DNA of 56,731 nucleotides from Chitinivibrionales bacterium. Its GTDB lineage: Bacteria; Fibrobacterota; Chitinivibrionia; Chitinivibrionales; FEN-1185. A program made the translations under genes and the position numbers. Where the stretch lies: contig JBAVGL010000332.1 of NCBI GenBank assembly GCA_049684795.1, forward strand, positions 1 through 56,731, read 5' to 3'. The notes beneath the pieces are model-generated. The model was given only the letters and a program-made list of their open reading frames with translations. It was not told where the DNA came from and ran no database searches. Every line of letters starts with the position of its first letter. The first letter of the stretch is position 1. Below, in pieces: positions 27,268 through 36,075 of this stretch.

Positions 27268-28944
27268 TTAAAATTTCCTTATCTCAAACTTCACGCCCTC
27301 TAATGCTTCCTTATAAAAGTCTTTATTCTTACCGTCTGTTTTCCGAGTGCCGTCGCTGGTGGAGGACTTGGATTTAAACGTATCAAAATCGGACTTTAAA
27401 AGGTCAATTTTTTTATTCACCGCGTCAACATCTTTTGTTACCAGTTCTTCAACTCCCGTCATGTCAACGCTTACCTGTATATGCTGTTGCTTGTTAAACT
27501 TTGCATCCAACCACGCCTTTGCGCCTTCCTTGGTCATCGGAACCGGGGAATCATTATCAGGTTGCGGTTCGGCGTCAAAGGCTTTTCCACGTAATGCCAT
27601 TATCATATTTTTTACATGAGGCATAGCGCACTTGTGGTGATCATCAAGTATAGCTTTTGCATTTTTAGTTATCGCCTCTTCGTCATCATCCGATTTTTTT
27701 GCATCAAAAGCATGCTCGTGTATTTCGTTAAGCATTCCTCGGTGCAATGTTTCCACTCCCGTATAGGCGAGTTCTAGCATAGTACGCGCTGCTATTGATT
27801 TGTTAACTGACATACCGTTCCCCTTTTGTATATACAATTCGGGGAACATGCCCTTCAATTGTTCCTCCGAGTATGATTTATTTTCTGGTGCTTCTTCCCC
27901 GAACTCTTTTAAATGTCGTGCAAGATGTGAGTGCACTCCTGATTTATCGCCCTCCGGCATATCAACACCGCCGCGCCCACCAAGTAGAGCGTTCATGGCG
28001 GCACGCACACCATTATACACAGTGTGGTATCCTTCTTTTTGGTGGTGTGGTAATTTATATGATGACTTAATATCTGGCTTTGTTGCATCATACCAGGCAC
28101 ACATTATCTTAAGATCTTTAGGTTCTGCTTTTGCTCGTTCAGCAGGACCGTCCCATGCTGTTTCTTTCGATGCCTTTGAGTGCTCGGCGTAAGGAATAAC
28201 TGCCTTGTCCTTAATACCAATATCGATTTTAGGAAAAGTAAATACCGTTTGCTTTTTTCCGATGATAAGCTCCGAAAACATATCCACCAAATTTTCTTCC
28301 ATCCATTTAAAGCGTGCGAGAAGATCAAAGTCATCTCTGTCAAATTCAACTGATTTGGTCATAGCATCTACAACAGATTTAACGCTATTGGGATTCATTG
28401 GAATGCCACAAGGGGAAAATTCCAAGTAGTCCCATTTTTTGTATTCGGTTCCTGTTTTTCCTAAACCTATACGTGACCTCTCCGCATTATCTACCGGGGA
28501 ATTAGCCCCGCCCACTGCTGGGAGGAACCCGATTGAGCACGCTGGGAGAAAATTTGAGACAGCGAATTTATACACTAAATCAGAACGTCCCGAAGAATCT
28601 ACTCGACTGTCGAGAAACAGCGCCTCCGCCGGGATTGATTTGCTGACCGTATCAACTCCAATACGTAAAGCAGCGCCAACAGGGAAGTTATCATGCTGGT
28701 GACAAAACATAACCACGGGATTTTTGGGATAGTAAGAATCAAAATTAGCGCCTGCAACTCGCACAATATCACCAGCGCGGTCAGGAGTTTCGTCCGCCGT
28801 CGCCGGGTAATGTATAACTCGCTGCTCATACCCATCTAAGTACTCCTTCCCTATCATATCACACAAAGCCTTGCACTCATCGGGGGTCATAGACGTCTTT
28901 GACGTTTTTGCCGCGTTAACTCTTTTTAACAATGCGGTAGGCAT
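27268..28944 (-). CDS. Prohead serine protease (S78/HK97-type) fused to a scaffold-like C-terminal region
   Basis: N-part KNPVVMFCHQHDNFPVGAA and ACSIGFLP resemble the S78 His and Ser motifs. The middle carries a YKLPHH...LLGGRGG motif. The C-part is K/D/E-rich and helical. Confidence 0.7.
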   Translation of the reverse strand: MPTALLKRVNAAKTSKTSMTPDECKALCDMIGKEYLDGYEQRVIHYPATADETPDRAGDIVRVAGANFDSYYPKNPVVMFCHQHDNFPVGAALRIGVDTVSKSIPAEALFLDSRVDSSGRSDLVYKFAVSNFLPACSIGFLPAVGGANSPVDNAERSRIGLGKTGTEYKKWDYLEFSPCGIPMNPNSVKSVVDAMTKSVEFDRDDFDLLARFKWMEENLVDMFSELIIGKKQTVFTFPKIDIGIKDKAVIPYAEHSKASKETAWDGPAERAKAEPKDLKIMCAWYDATKPDIKSSYKLPHHQKEGYHTVYNGVRAAMNALLGGRGGVDMPEGDKSGVHSHLARHLKEFGEEAPENKSYSEEQLKGMFPELYIQKGNGMSVNKSIAARTMLELAYTGVETLHRGMLNEIHEHAFDAKKSDDDEEAITKNAKAILDDHHKCAMPHVKNMIMALRGKAFDAEPQPDNDSPVPMTKEGAKAWLDAKFNKQQHIQVSVDMTGVEELVTKDVDAVNKKIDLLKSDFDTFKSKSSTSDGTRKTDGKNKDFYKEALEGVKFEIRKF

Positions 28945-28946
28945 GA

Positions 28947-29381
28947 TTATTTTCCTCGCTTTACGTTTAATACTACCATGAGGTCATTTTCGTGCCCCTG
29001 CTCATCTTCCAATATTGATTGAATAAGTTCCATAGTTCCAAACTCACCTAATCCCATAGATTGGGTAACTCGTTCGGTATATCGTTTAATGGCCGTTTGT
29101 TCGGATTGAATATCATACGTCAACATTTGAGTAGAGTCGTGGGAAGTAAGGGTAATATCGGAAACCGCCACCGGAATCCCACCAAGGTAATTGATATGGT
29201 CGGAAATTAAAACAGCGTGATCGTGCTCGTCATCGGCGTGCTTCCTGAGCTCTTCGGCTACATTCAACATCGCCGGACCCGTCAAGCATGCCGCATGCTG
29301 AATATATTGTATCATCGCTTGGTACTCTTTCGCCAAGTCGATGTTAAGCTCATTGATTAGGTCTTGCAGTGTAAAGGACAT
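28947..29381 (-). CDS. Ferritin-like / bacterioferritin-like di-iron protein
   Basis: 144 aa. Aligns by eye along its whole length with bacterioferritin, including AKEYQ, ADDEHDHA, IQSEQTA and EDEQGHEND (the E, ExxH, E, ExxH ligand pattern). Confidence 0.75.
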   Translation of the reverse strand: MSFTLQDLINELNIDLAKEYQAMIQYIQHAACLTGPAMLNVAEELRKHADDEHDHAVLISDHINYLGGIPVAVSDITLTSHDSTQMLTYDIQSEQTAIKRYTERVTQSMGLGEFGTMELIQSILEDEQGHENDLMVVLNVKRGK

Positions 29382-29384
29382 ATA

Positions 29385-29552
29385 TCAACCTACAAAATAA
29401 GGGTTAAGGGAAAAACGCTGCTGTCCCTGGGTGGGACCCATCATACGGTTCTTAGGTAACGGTGGTTCACAAGCGTGGTTCTTCAATGCGTTCTCCGTTT
29501 CATAAACTGCACCACACTTTTCACAAACGAATTTTTTCTTCTTGTTATTCAC
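29385..29552 (-). CDS. Small zinc-finger-like protein
   Basis: 55 aa, not in the ORF track. GTG start preceded by AAAGAGGAAAAA. FVCEKCGAVYETENALKNHAC is a C2H2/C2HC-like pattern. Confidence 0.4.
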   Translation of the reverse strand: MNNKKKKFVCEKCGAVYETENALKNHACEPPLPKNRMMGPTQGQQRFSLNPYFVG

Positions 29553-29581
29553 TTTTTCCTCTTTTATTAAAAATTAAAAAA

Positions 29582-31753
29582 TTAATCTCTCTCCTGTACC
29601 GCAATCGTGGTACATCGACAATTTATTATTTCTTCCGGTTCACCGTCTGGGTCAAGAGGATGCAGCAGACCGGTTTCAGGGAATGGCCCACCTACTTTTA
29701 CTATGTTACCATTTTCCGCCGCATGCGTCTCCCGAACCTTATCATCTTCGGCCGTCAACCATTGGTGCTCTTCTATTCCCTCATTTTTAAAACAATCAAA
29801 ACGAGCATCGCTGGAAATGATGCCGGTTTCAGTGCGCGCAATTGTTCGGGCTTGGTGTTTGCGGATTTCCCCTGAGTCACTAATCGCTTCCTTGATTGCT
29901 TTTGCGTACTGCTGCGGTGTGAAGGAATGGGCGTAGCCGTCTTTGATTGCATCCTCTATTTTATCTCCGTACACTTGCATCGTGGTAGAATTTATTCCAG
30001 CGAGCCCCTCCCGACGCGCTTCCACATATTCATTTATCATTGCATCCGATACACCCCAATTGACAAACGCACCAAGCTCCTCTTTCAACTTCGATGCTTC
30101 AAGATATAGTTGAGACTCTACTTGATTTTTGTAAATCTTTAAAAGCTTTTGGTCTTCTTCCGATTGATCAAATAGGAAGTCTTCTGGGTTGAGTGAGGGT
30201 GTTTTCTTTGCCTTCGTTATCGATTTGATCCAAGCGTCAACCAAATCCTGGCAGTAATTACGTTCATCATTGAACATCCTCACAAGTTTACTGTGAAAGG
30301 TATTTTCCCCAGGATTAAGCACGCGCTCAATATACTCATTAGATATTTTAGTAAGAAGTTCCGAGTTAAACCCACCCTTGATAACTATAAAACTCTTTTG
30401 CGTTCCTTTTGGTGTTGGAGGTTCTGTACTATTACCTGGAGCATTAGGATTTCCACCTACGGGGGCCACAGGCACAGGTTTTTCCTTCAACCAAGGGGCT
30501 ACTGATAAATCTTCCTCCGTTAACGGCACCTCAGTGATACGAAAAGAAATATCAGCAGGCACTCCCATGGTGTACATGATCTGCGCTGACTTGACGGCAA
30601 CGGAATAGTCCTTTTTAAGAATACGAATACCCGAAGTATCGGCCTTCAAATGAATCTCATTGCGTACATCGATATTGTTTATCCAACTTGAATTGATCTG
30701 TTCGAGTATAGCCTCTTCAATAGGTAAATAAGTATCCTCCCATAGCATTTTATGCCCCTCGACCAATGTGGCATAATTAACATCTTCGTATTTACCTATT
30801 CCTATTTTGTTAAGACCAAACACCGCAAGCAACTGATCCTCTACACTCCCCTTCTGTTCCATAAACTCCATATCTTTAGGAGTGTTTGCAATTTTCTGAA
30901 ACTCCGCACCCTTCCCCAATATCGCTACGCGGCGTGCGTTCCCGACACCAGCATACTGCTGATACCATCTGTTCTTAATTTCATCCGCTTGCTGATTTGT
31001 CAATTCTTGATCGCTGGAAAGAACTCCTGCCGGGACAGCATCGTTTTCAAATGTTCTATTATTCCAGATGTCTGCTTTTATATCGTTTATAATGGCCATC
31101 TGCGCGGGCGCATACCTTGACAAACCTTCAAGCCAGTTGTATGGGTTAAATGCATAGACACGTAAAATCTCGTTAGGTGCATAGTGTATAATCAACGGTT
31201 CAGGTCCGGGAATTTCCAATTTCCATCCAATGAATTTTTTATTGTTATCAAACTCAGCCGCTATGAACTCATCGGTATAAGGATAAATGGTTGCAGGAAT
31301 GTCTCCGCGTGAAACATCACACTTAGGGTCTTCCTTCCCTGAATCCATAACGAGAAATACCTGTCCACCTTTCAGGGAACGTCCAAAACCTTCACGACAT
31401 GGAAGAAGATAGTATAATATTATGGCTTCCCAAAACGTCCTCCAGGTCATAAACGGATTTGGGCGTTTTAACAATTGCCATACCGGGTGCTTAGGAATTT
31501 TCTTCTCATCTTCCCCGTAGATTCCGTAGGGCAACCTACAAAGGTTTGTCATTATTGCGCGAGCGCACGAATGCACCGCCCAGTGTAATTGGTAGGGTTT
31601 CTTCTCAATTTCTTTCGATGATAAATTTCCGTAGTTGTTTGATTGATAAAAGAAAGTAGGATCAAGATCTGGAACGTCAAGCGCCTTGGTCTGCATGGGA
31701 ACGCCAAGGTGGTTAAACAACTGAATTTCTTTAGTTGCTATTTGAGTACTCAT
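29582..31753 (-). CDS. Portal protein fused to a MuF / SPP1 gp7-like head morphogenesis domain
   Basis: 723 aa. The N-terminal ~450 aa are portal-like. The C-terminal ARTETGIISSDARF...WLTAEDDKVRETHAAENG...INCRC matches the Phage_Mu_F motif. Confidence 0.8.
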   Translation of the reverse strand: MSTQIATKEIQLFNHLGVPMQTKALDVPDLDPTFFYQSNNYGNLSSKEIEKKPYQLHWAVHSCARAIMTNLCRLPYGIYGEDEKKIPKHPVWQLLKRPNPFMTWRTFWEAIILYYLLPCREGFGRSLKGGQVFLVMDSGKEDPKCDVSRGDIPATIYPYTDEFIAAEFDNNKKFIGWKLEIPGPEPLIIHYAPNEILRVYAFNPYNWLEGLSRYAPAQMAIINDIKADIWNNRTFENDAVPAGVLSSDQELTNQQADEIKNRWYQQYAGVGNARRVAILGKGAEFQKIANTPKDMEFMEQKGSVEDQLLAVFGLNKIGIGKYEDVNYATLVEGHKMLWEDTYLPIEEAILEQINSSWINNIDVRNEIHLKADTSGIRILKKDYSVAVKSAQIMYTMGVPADISFRITEVPLTEEDLSVAPWLKEKPVPVAPVGGNPNAPGNSTEPPTPKGTQKSFIVIKGGFNSELLTKISNEYIERVLNPGENTFHSKLVRMFNDERNYCQDLVDAWIKSITKAKKTPSLNPEDFLFDQSEEDQKLLKIYKNQVESQLYLEASKLKEELGAFVNWGVSDAMINEYVEARREGLAGINSTTMQVYGDKIEDAIKDGYAHSFTPQQYAKAIKEAISDSGEIRKHQARTIARTETGIISSDARFDCFKNEGIEEHQWLTAEDDKVRETHAAENGNIVKVGGPFPETGLLHPLDPDGEPEEIINCRCTTIAVQERD

Positions 31754-31966
31754 TTATTTCCTATCGCAAGGACCAATATACTGCCCATCCAAAATCCGAT
31801 CATCGTTAAATCGAGCAAGATATTTTCTGGGTTCATATTTACTTCTTCTTCCAGGGTGAGCAGCAGGACATTTAGGTAACGTCTCAAATATCTCCCGTGC
31901 TGCTTGACTGATTGTGATGCCACCTGTCATCATCTCCATATAATCATTGTAAGGATCGCTTGACAT
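31754..31966 (-). CDS. Small hypothetical protein between terminase and portal
   Basis: 70 aa from MSSDPYNDY. The ATG lies 1 nt after the TerL stop. Confidence 0.4.
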   Translation of the reverse strand: MSSDPYNDYMEMMTGGITISQAAREIFETLPKCPAAHPGRRSKYEPRKYLARFNDDRILDGQYIGPCDRK

Positions 31967-31967
31967 A

Positions 31968-33434
31968 CTAAAATATCTGTATAATGTTGGCTTTGAACAT
32001 TGCAAACATACAAGCGAGGGCATCAATCTGATCATCGTGAGCACCACCGATACCATTGTCTAATTCGTCAATCAATGAACCATTCCATGGTGCTCGTTTC
32101 ATCCACACGTTACCCGCCTCGAAAACCGGAGTCATTGGATCTGCTTTTGCTTTCTTGTCTCCTGGAAGTTGTAGTGGCTCAACGGTAACTATCCCAGATA
32201 GAACTCCTTTACACGTAGTATATGCATCTTTATATGCACCAAACGCCTCCATTCCAACTTGCACCCTATCCGCTACCGCCGCATTCTGAATTATTGGATC
32301 ACGCTTCGGGGCTTCCCACTGCCCACGAATTACGTCATCGATAATGATAGTAGCAAAATTTACATTAGGAATAGATGATGGTTTAAACGTTACTGAGCCC
32401 TTAATACCTACCGTAAAATCAGGATTGTCTTTTGTAGTTTGTTTTGTTGAAGAAGCAAGGTCCCAAGCGCGTTTCATTTGTAAAGAACAACCAACCGCAG
32501 ACTCAACCTCTTTTATATCATCATAGAAACGAATCTTATCGGTACGAAACATTCCACCTTCATGTAGTTTAGGTTCACATTGCATAAGAGAGGCAGTCCC
32601 ATACGTCCCTAAGAACATCTCATTGTCTTTATACCACTGCTCATTATATTTTGCAGGAAACAAATAACCGGTATCATATTTATCGCTTTTTGCCGGGTAC
32701 TTAACAATACTAAACTGCGGCCATGATTTATCCTGCCTCATCTTTTCCTGTATCCGTCCCGATATATCATCCCTGTGCCAGGGGGTACACAAAACGAATA
32801 CTATACATGCCGCCGCGCGTCTTGACATAATGTTATTTGTAAATGCCGTCCAACCTTTTTCCCTTTCGGTATCGGATTCGGCTTCCTGTCTATTCTTTAC
32901 AAAATCATCTACCACAATCAAGGCACCACGTTTCCCAGTGATAGGGCCATCGATACCGGCAAAGTGAACTTTTCCGAAATATGGTTCACACAATGACCAT
33001 CGGGAGACGTTTCTTTCGTCAAGACCTATTTTAGGATACAATGCATCGTATTCAGTGGAATCTATTAAACGTTGGCCGAATGAGGAAAACTCGGAAACCT
33101 TATCCGCCGTGTGGGATGTCACTATGACTTCCGAGTCCGGGAACTCACCGATAAAATGCGCTGGGAGATAATTAGAGACGATTTCTGATTTTCCATGACC
33201 GAAGCAGACCATACCGAGAATATAACTTGACAAACCAAATTTTAATTTTCTCATTGCTACGTCAATTGCAGTACAGAAAGCGGTAGTATGTGGTCCGACA
33301 AGGAAGGGTTCAACATTACGCTTCTGCCAGCAGTATTGCATAAACGCAATATGCTCGGCGCGGGCCCAACCCTCCATGAGGTCTTCCCGGGTCGTCACCT
33401 TAAGTGCCTCAACTACGTTAGACTGTTTTGTCAC
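31968..33434 (-). CDS. terL: Terminase large subunit
   Basis: Walker A-like FGHGKSE, Walker B ALIVVDDF, and nuclease-domain motifs WDLASS and HDDQIDALA. Confidence 0.85.
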   Translation of the reverse strand: MTKQSNVVEALKVTTREDLMEGWARAEHIAFMQYCWQKRNVEPFLVGPHTTAFCTAIDVAMRKLKFGLSSYILGMVCFGHGKSEIVSNYLPAHFIGEFPDSEVIVTSHTADKVSEFSSFGQRLIDSTEYDALYPKIGLDERNVSRWSLCEPYFGKVHFAGIDGPITGKRGALIVVDDFVKNRQEAESDTEREKGWTAFTNNIMSRRAAACIVFVLCTPWHRDDISGRIQEKMRQDKSWPQFSIVKYPAKSDKYDTGYLFPAKYNEQWYKDNEMFLGTYGTASLMQCEPKLHEGGMFRTDKIRFYDDIKEVESAVGCSLQMKRAWDLASSTKQTTKDNPDFTVGIKGSVTFKPSSIPNVNFATIIIDDVIRGQWEAPKRDPIIQNAAVADRVQVGMEAFGAYKDAYTTCKGVLSGIVTVEPLQLPGDKKAKADPMTPVFEAGNVWMKRAPWNGSLIDELDNGIGGAHDDQIDALACMFAMFKANIIQIF

Positions 33435-33855
33435 TGGGGGATATTTTCAGGGCCTTTGCCGCCGCAGCGCACTCGGCGTCCGTGAGTGGTGTCCTCTCCT
33501 TTTCAACCTCACCAAGTTTTACGACTTGTGCGATCTTCCCTTCCATTCGCTCAGCAATAAAATCACGGGCGTAGTGGTCTCCTTTACGTAATGCATCCAT
33601 ATATGCACGGGCGATTATTGCTTCATGCATAGTCATATTTTTTACATGAGGAAACAAAAAGGACATCTGTTTTTGGACTTCAGCAGGAGCTATGTAACCA
33701 CCGAGACGGTTTAGAACCATCTGTATTTTTTCGATTTTAGTGGGAGGACCTTTTGTATTAATGCGGGGATCACCCTTCTGGAAGCGTTTGTTCATGGGTA
33801 TAGGACAAACGCCTTTGGGCCATGGTGATTTTTTCTTGTCAATGCGGAGTACCAT
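33418..33855 (-). CDS. Terminase small subunit candidate
   Basis: 145 aa overlapping terL by 17 nt. The basic N-terminus FQKGDPRINTKGPP resembles the GNP.GRP motif of DUF5681-type small terminases. Confidence 0.5.
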   Translation of the reverse strand: MVLRIDKKKSPWPKGVCPIPMNKRFQKGDPRINTKGPPTKIEKIQMVLNRLGGYIAPAEVQKQMSFLFPHVKNMTMHEAIIARAYMDALRKGDHYARDFIAERMEGKIAQVVKLGEVEKERTPLTDAECAAAAKALKISPSDKTV

Positions 33856-34266
33856 GCTGTTCCTAAAATATTGTAATATTACATCGTAATTTTCCTAACG
33901 ATTATATTATATATTATAAAAAATTTAAAATCAAGTTATTTTTTTAGCTTGCATTCTGTAAAGTATACTCTCGCGTTTATTAATCACCATCGGTTCATCC
34001 TGTCCCCGTGCTATAATCGCCACCACACCCTGACTTGTCAATTCCGCGTGCGACCCGTCTTTTCTTCACTTCGATAGATTTTGATTGTTGCATTTTTGCA
34101 ACAGTGATGGGCTTACATAGAGGGATTTTAATTATGCACAGGCAACACATTGATTTTAATAGCAGTATTTTATTATGATGTAAATTTATGCTCACAAGCA
34201 CACGGTTAGGTCAGAAATTGCACACGCATTGGCTCATGTAAGTTATTATTATTTATATATATTATA

Positions 34267-34300
34267 TAATAATAATAATAATAATACATACATACACACA
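34267..34300. repeat. Microsatellite (TAA)n followed by a (CATA)/(CA) run
   Basis: taataataataataataata catacatacacaca, read directly from the sequence. Confidence 0.9.
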
Positions 34301-34305
34301 TTATT

Positions 34306-34353
34306 TATACGTGCGCGCGTGCATGTGCGCGTGCGCGCGTGCATGTGCGCGTG
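34306..34353. repeat. 48-nt perfectly alternating pyrimidine-purine tract containing a 20-nt unit twice
   Basis: tatacgtgcgcgcgtgcatgtgcgcgtgcgcgcgtgcatgtgcgcgtg. The unit gtgcgcgcgtgcatgtgcgc occurs at 34311-34330 and 34331-34350. Confidence 0.9.
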
Positions 34354-34759
34354 AGAATCTATGTGCCTATATATAGGCGTGTAGTGGTGGAAATGCACAC
34401 TCATCTAAGTATTTGATTTGTATGAAAAAGGATGAGCACACGGTTTTAGCTCACCTGTTTTGAAGGGTATTTGGCGTAGTTTTAAATATGTTTTGTATGT
34501 AAAAAATGTGTTTTTATGATTTGCCAATATATTGTTTAATATTAATTTTAGGAGATAGGTATATTAATTATGGGTGTTTTTAACGGGTTTATATATTGTT
34601 CAATATGTATTATTTGATGTTTGTTACATATTTAAATTTGTTTATTTGGTGGTTTGTGTTATATTGCCGTTGTTTTAGGGATATTTTAATCAATGTCAAT
34701 ATTGTATTTATAGGTTATTTTGCAGTGTGTTGATACGTTTTTATTATATTTGTATTATA

Positions 34760-34789
34760 TTGATGTTGCTGTTTTGGTATAACTATACA
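34760..34789 (+). promoter_or_regulatory. Candidate sigma70-like promoter for the rightward regulatory genes
   Basis: TTGATG - 18 nt - TATACA, about 27 nt upstream of the ATG at 34816, with AGGAGG at 34805-34810. Confidence 0.3.
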
Positions 34790-34815
34790 TATTTAACTTG
34801 TTTTAGGAGGAAAAC

Positions 34816-35142
34816 ATGCTGACGAAAAGGCAGATTTTGGAGGCTGCGGGGTATGATGGACGTACAAAAAAACAGATTTTGGAGGCTGCGGGGTATAAGC
34901 CCGGTGTCGGGCGTCCTCGCATGTATAATATTAAAATCCAACTTTGTTTACATAATGAAATGTTCGCCAAGATACCGATGCCCAGGTCAGAGTGGATTCG
35001 GGCCGCGATAACAGAAAAACTGGCTGTGGAGCTGGCGCTATCTGCATCGCGCGACGCGGGTATAGCGTCGCCGCCGAAGCCAGAACCAGAGGAAAACCCA
35101 GATCGATACCTATCCAAGGACGAGCAGGAGGAGGATAATTAA
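34816..35142 (+). CDS. Ribbon-helix-helix DNA-binding protein with a duplicated N-terminal peptide
   Basis: IKIQLCLHNEMFAKIP..RSEWIRAAITEKL fits the RHH strand-helix-helix pattern. The N-terminus carries KRQILEAAGY / KKQILEAAGY, encoded by a perfect 24-nt direct repeat (34831-34854 and 34873-34896). Confidence 0.6.
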   Translation: MLTKRQILEAAGYDGRTKKQILEAAGYKPGVGRPRMYNIKIQLCLHNEMFAKIPMPRSEWIRAAITEKLAVELALSASRDAGIASPPKPEPEENPDRYLSKDEQEEDN

Positions 35143-35156
35143 TGTTCCTTGCCGAG

Positions 35157-35209
35157 CATCATTTGTAAAGCATTTTAATTTTATTATTACATCATTTGTA
35201 AAGCATTTT
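35157..35209. promoter_or_regulatory. Two perfect 20-bp direct repeats (operator-like)
   Basis: catcatttgtaaagcatttt at 35157-35176 and 35190-35209, centres 33 bp apart, in the gap between the RHH gene and the next gene. Confidence 0.5.
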
Positions 35210-35338
35210 CATAGAGAGATTTTATTTAATTAAATTATTTTTATATTTTGTTAAAATAGTTGTTGGCTTCTGTTGTGTTTTGTGGTATATTTAATATATA
35301 GGACAGAGAGAAGCAAAACACAAACCGAGGAGGATCAG

Positions 35339-35590
35339 ATGAAACTCAACAAAATCACAGCCCTGAAAAACGGAAACCAGTTGTTTGCATATTGGGCCAA
35401 TAATCGCGGGCGTGGCTCTGATAACTGCACGCTGCTGGTTGTTCCGGCAGACGAACAGCGCCCCAATTTTTCACGTGACGTGAAAAATGTTATCGCTGAA
35501 ACCAGAACCAGCTCATGGCGCGGTCTGGTCAATCTGTCAAATGCCGTCTGCAACCAGCTCGGAATCTCAAAACAGGAGTTGTGCGCATGA
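35339..35590 (+). CDS. Hypothetical protein
   Basis: 83 aa from MKLNKITAL, with GAGGAGG 6 nt upstream. Confidence 0.5.
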   Translation: MKLNKITALKNGNQLFAYWANNRGRGSDNCTLLVVPADEQRPNFSRDVKNVIAETRTSSWRGLVNLSNAVCNQLGISKQELCA

Positions 35591-35772
35591 ACGGACAACT
35601 CTGGCAGGAATGTTATTGCGGAACAGAACCGGTCTGCGCATCGTGCGAAAAATGCAAAAAACATTGCACGTGCGGGAAGCAGGTTCAACCAAAAATATCA
35701 ACGGAATGCGCGGAACCGTATCGGCGCGGAATCGGGCAGGGATTTGGTTCAACGGAGGACGGCGACGCATGA
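35587..35772 (+). CDS. Small Cys-rich protein
   Basis: 61 aa from MNGQLWQECYCG. ATGA overlap with the upstream stop. Nine cysteines (CASCEKCKKHCTC). Confidence 0.45.
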   Translation: MNGQLWQECYCGTEPVCASCEKCKKHCTCGKQVQPKISTECAEPYRRGIGQGFGSTEDGDA

Positions 35773-35945
35773 AAAACAAAACTGACGTGATAAAAATTCG
35801 CATTGATTCGGATGTGAAAACCGAACTGGAAAAAATAGCAGAATCCGAACAGCGCACATTGGCCGGGCAAATCAGATTAGCGTTGAGCGAGTGGTTTAAA
35901 ACGAAGAGCGCCCGTCCTGGGCGCGGAGCCGCCGCCAAACACTAA
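35769..35945 (+). CDS. Ribbon-helix-helix (CopG/Arc-like) DNA-binding protein
   Basis: 58 aa. VIKIRIDSDVKTELEKIAESEQRTLAGQIRLALSEWF is a textbook RHH pattern. ATGA overlap with the upstream gene. Confidence 0.6.
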   Translation: MKNKTDVIKIRIDSDVKTELEKIAESEQRTLAGQIRLALSEWFKTKSARPGRGAAAKH

Positions 35946-36075
35946 TGAAACGGCCAGCACAGCATACAACAGCCCCATGCCGTCCGCTTCGCCAATTGCT
36001 GAAGCAGCAACAGCGGCATAGGGCGAACGTTATACCGGAAAACCACTCTGAAACCTGCACAGAAGGGATTTTATC

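Noticed and set aside
33995-34201. A 68-aa ORF in the non-coding control region.
   Set aside because: It has a non-ATG start and no RBS, its sequence is low-complexity and Cys/Ile-rich, and it lies among AT-rich repeats.
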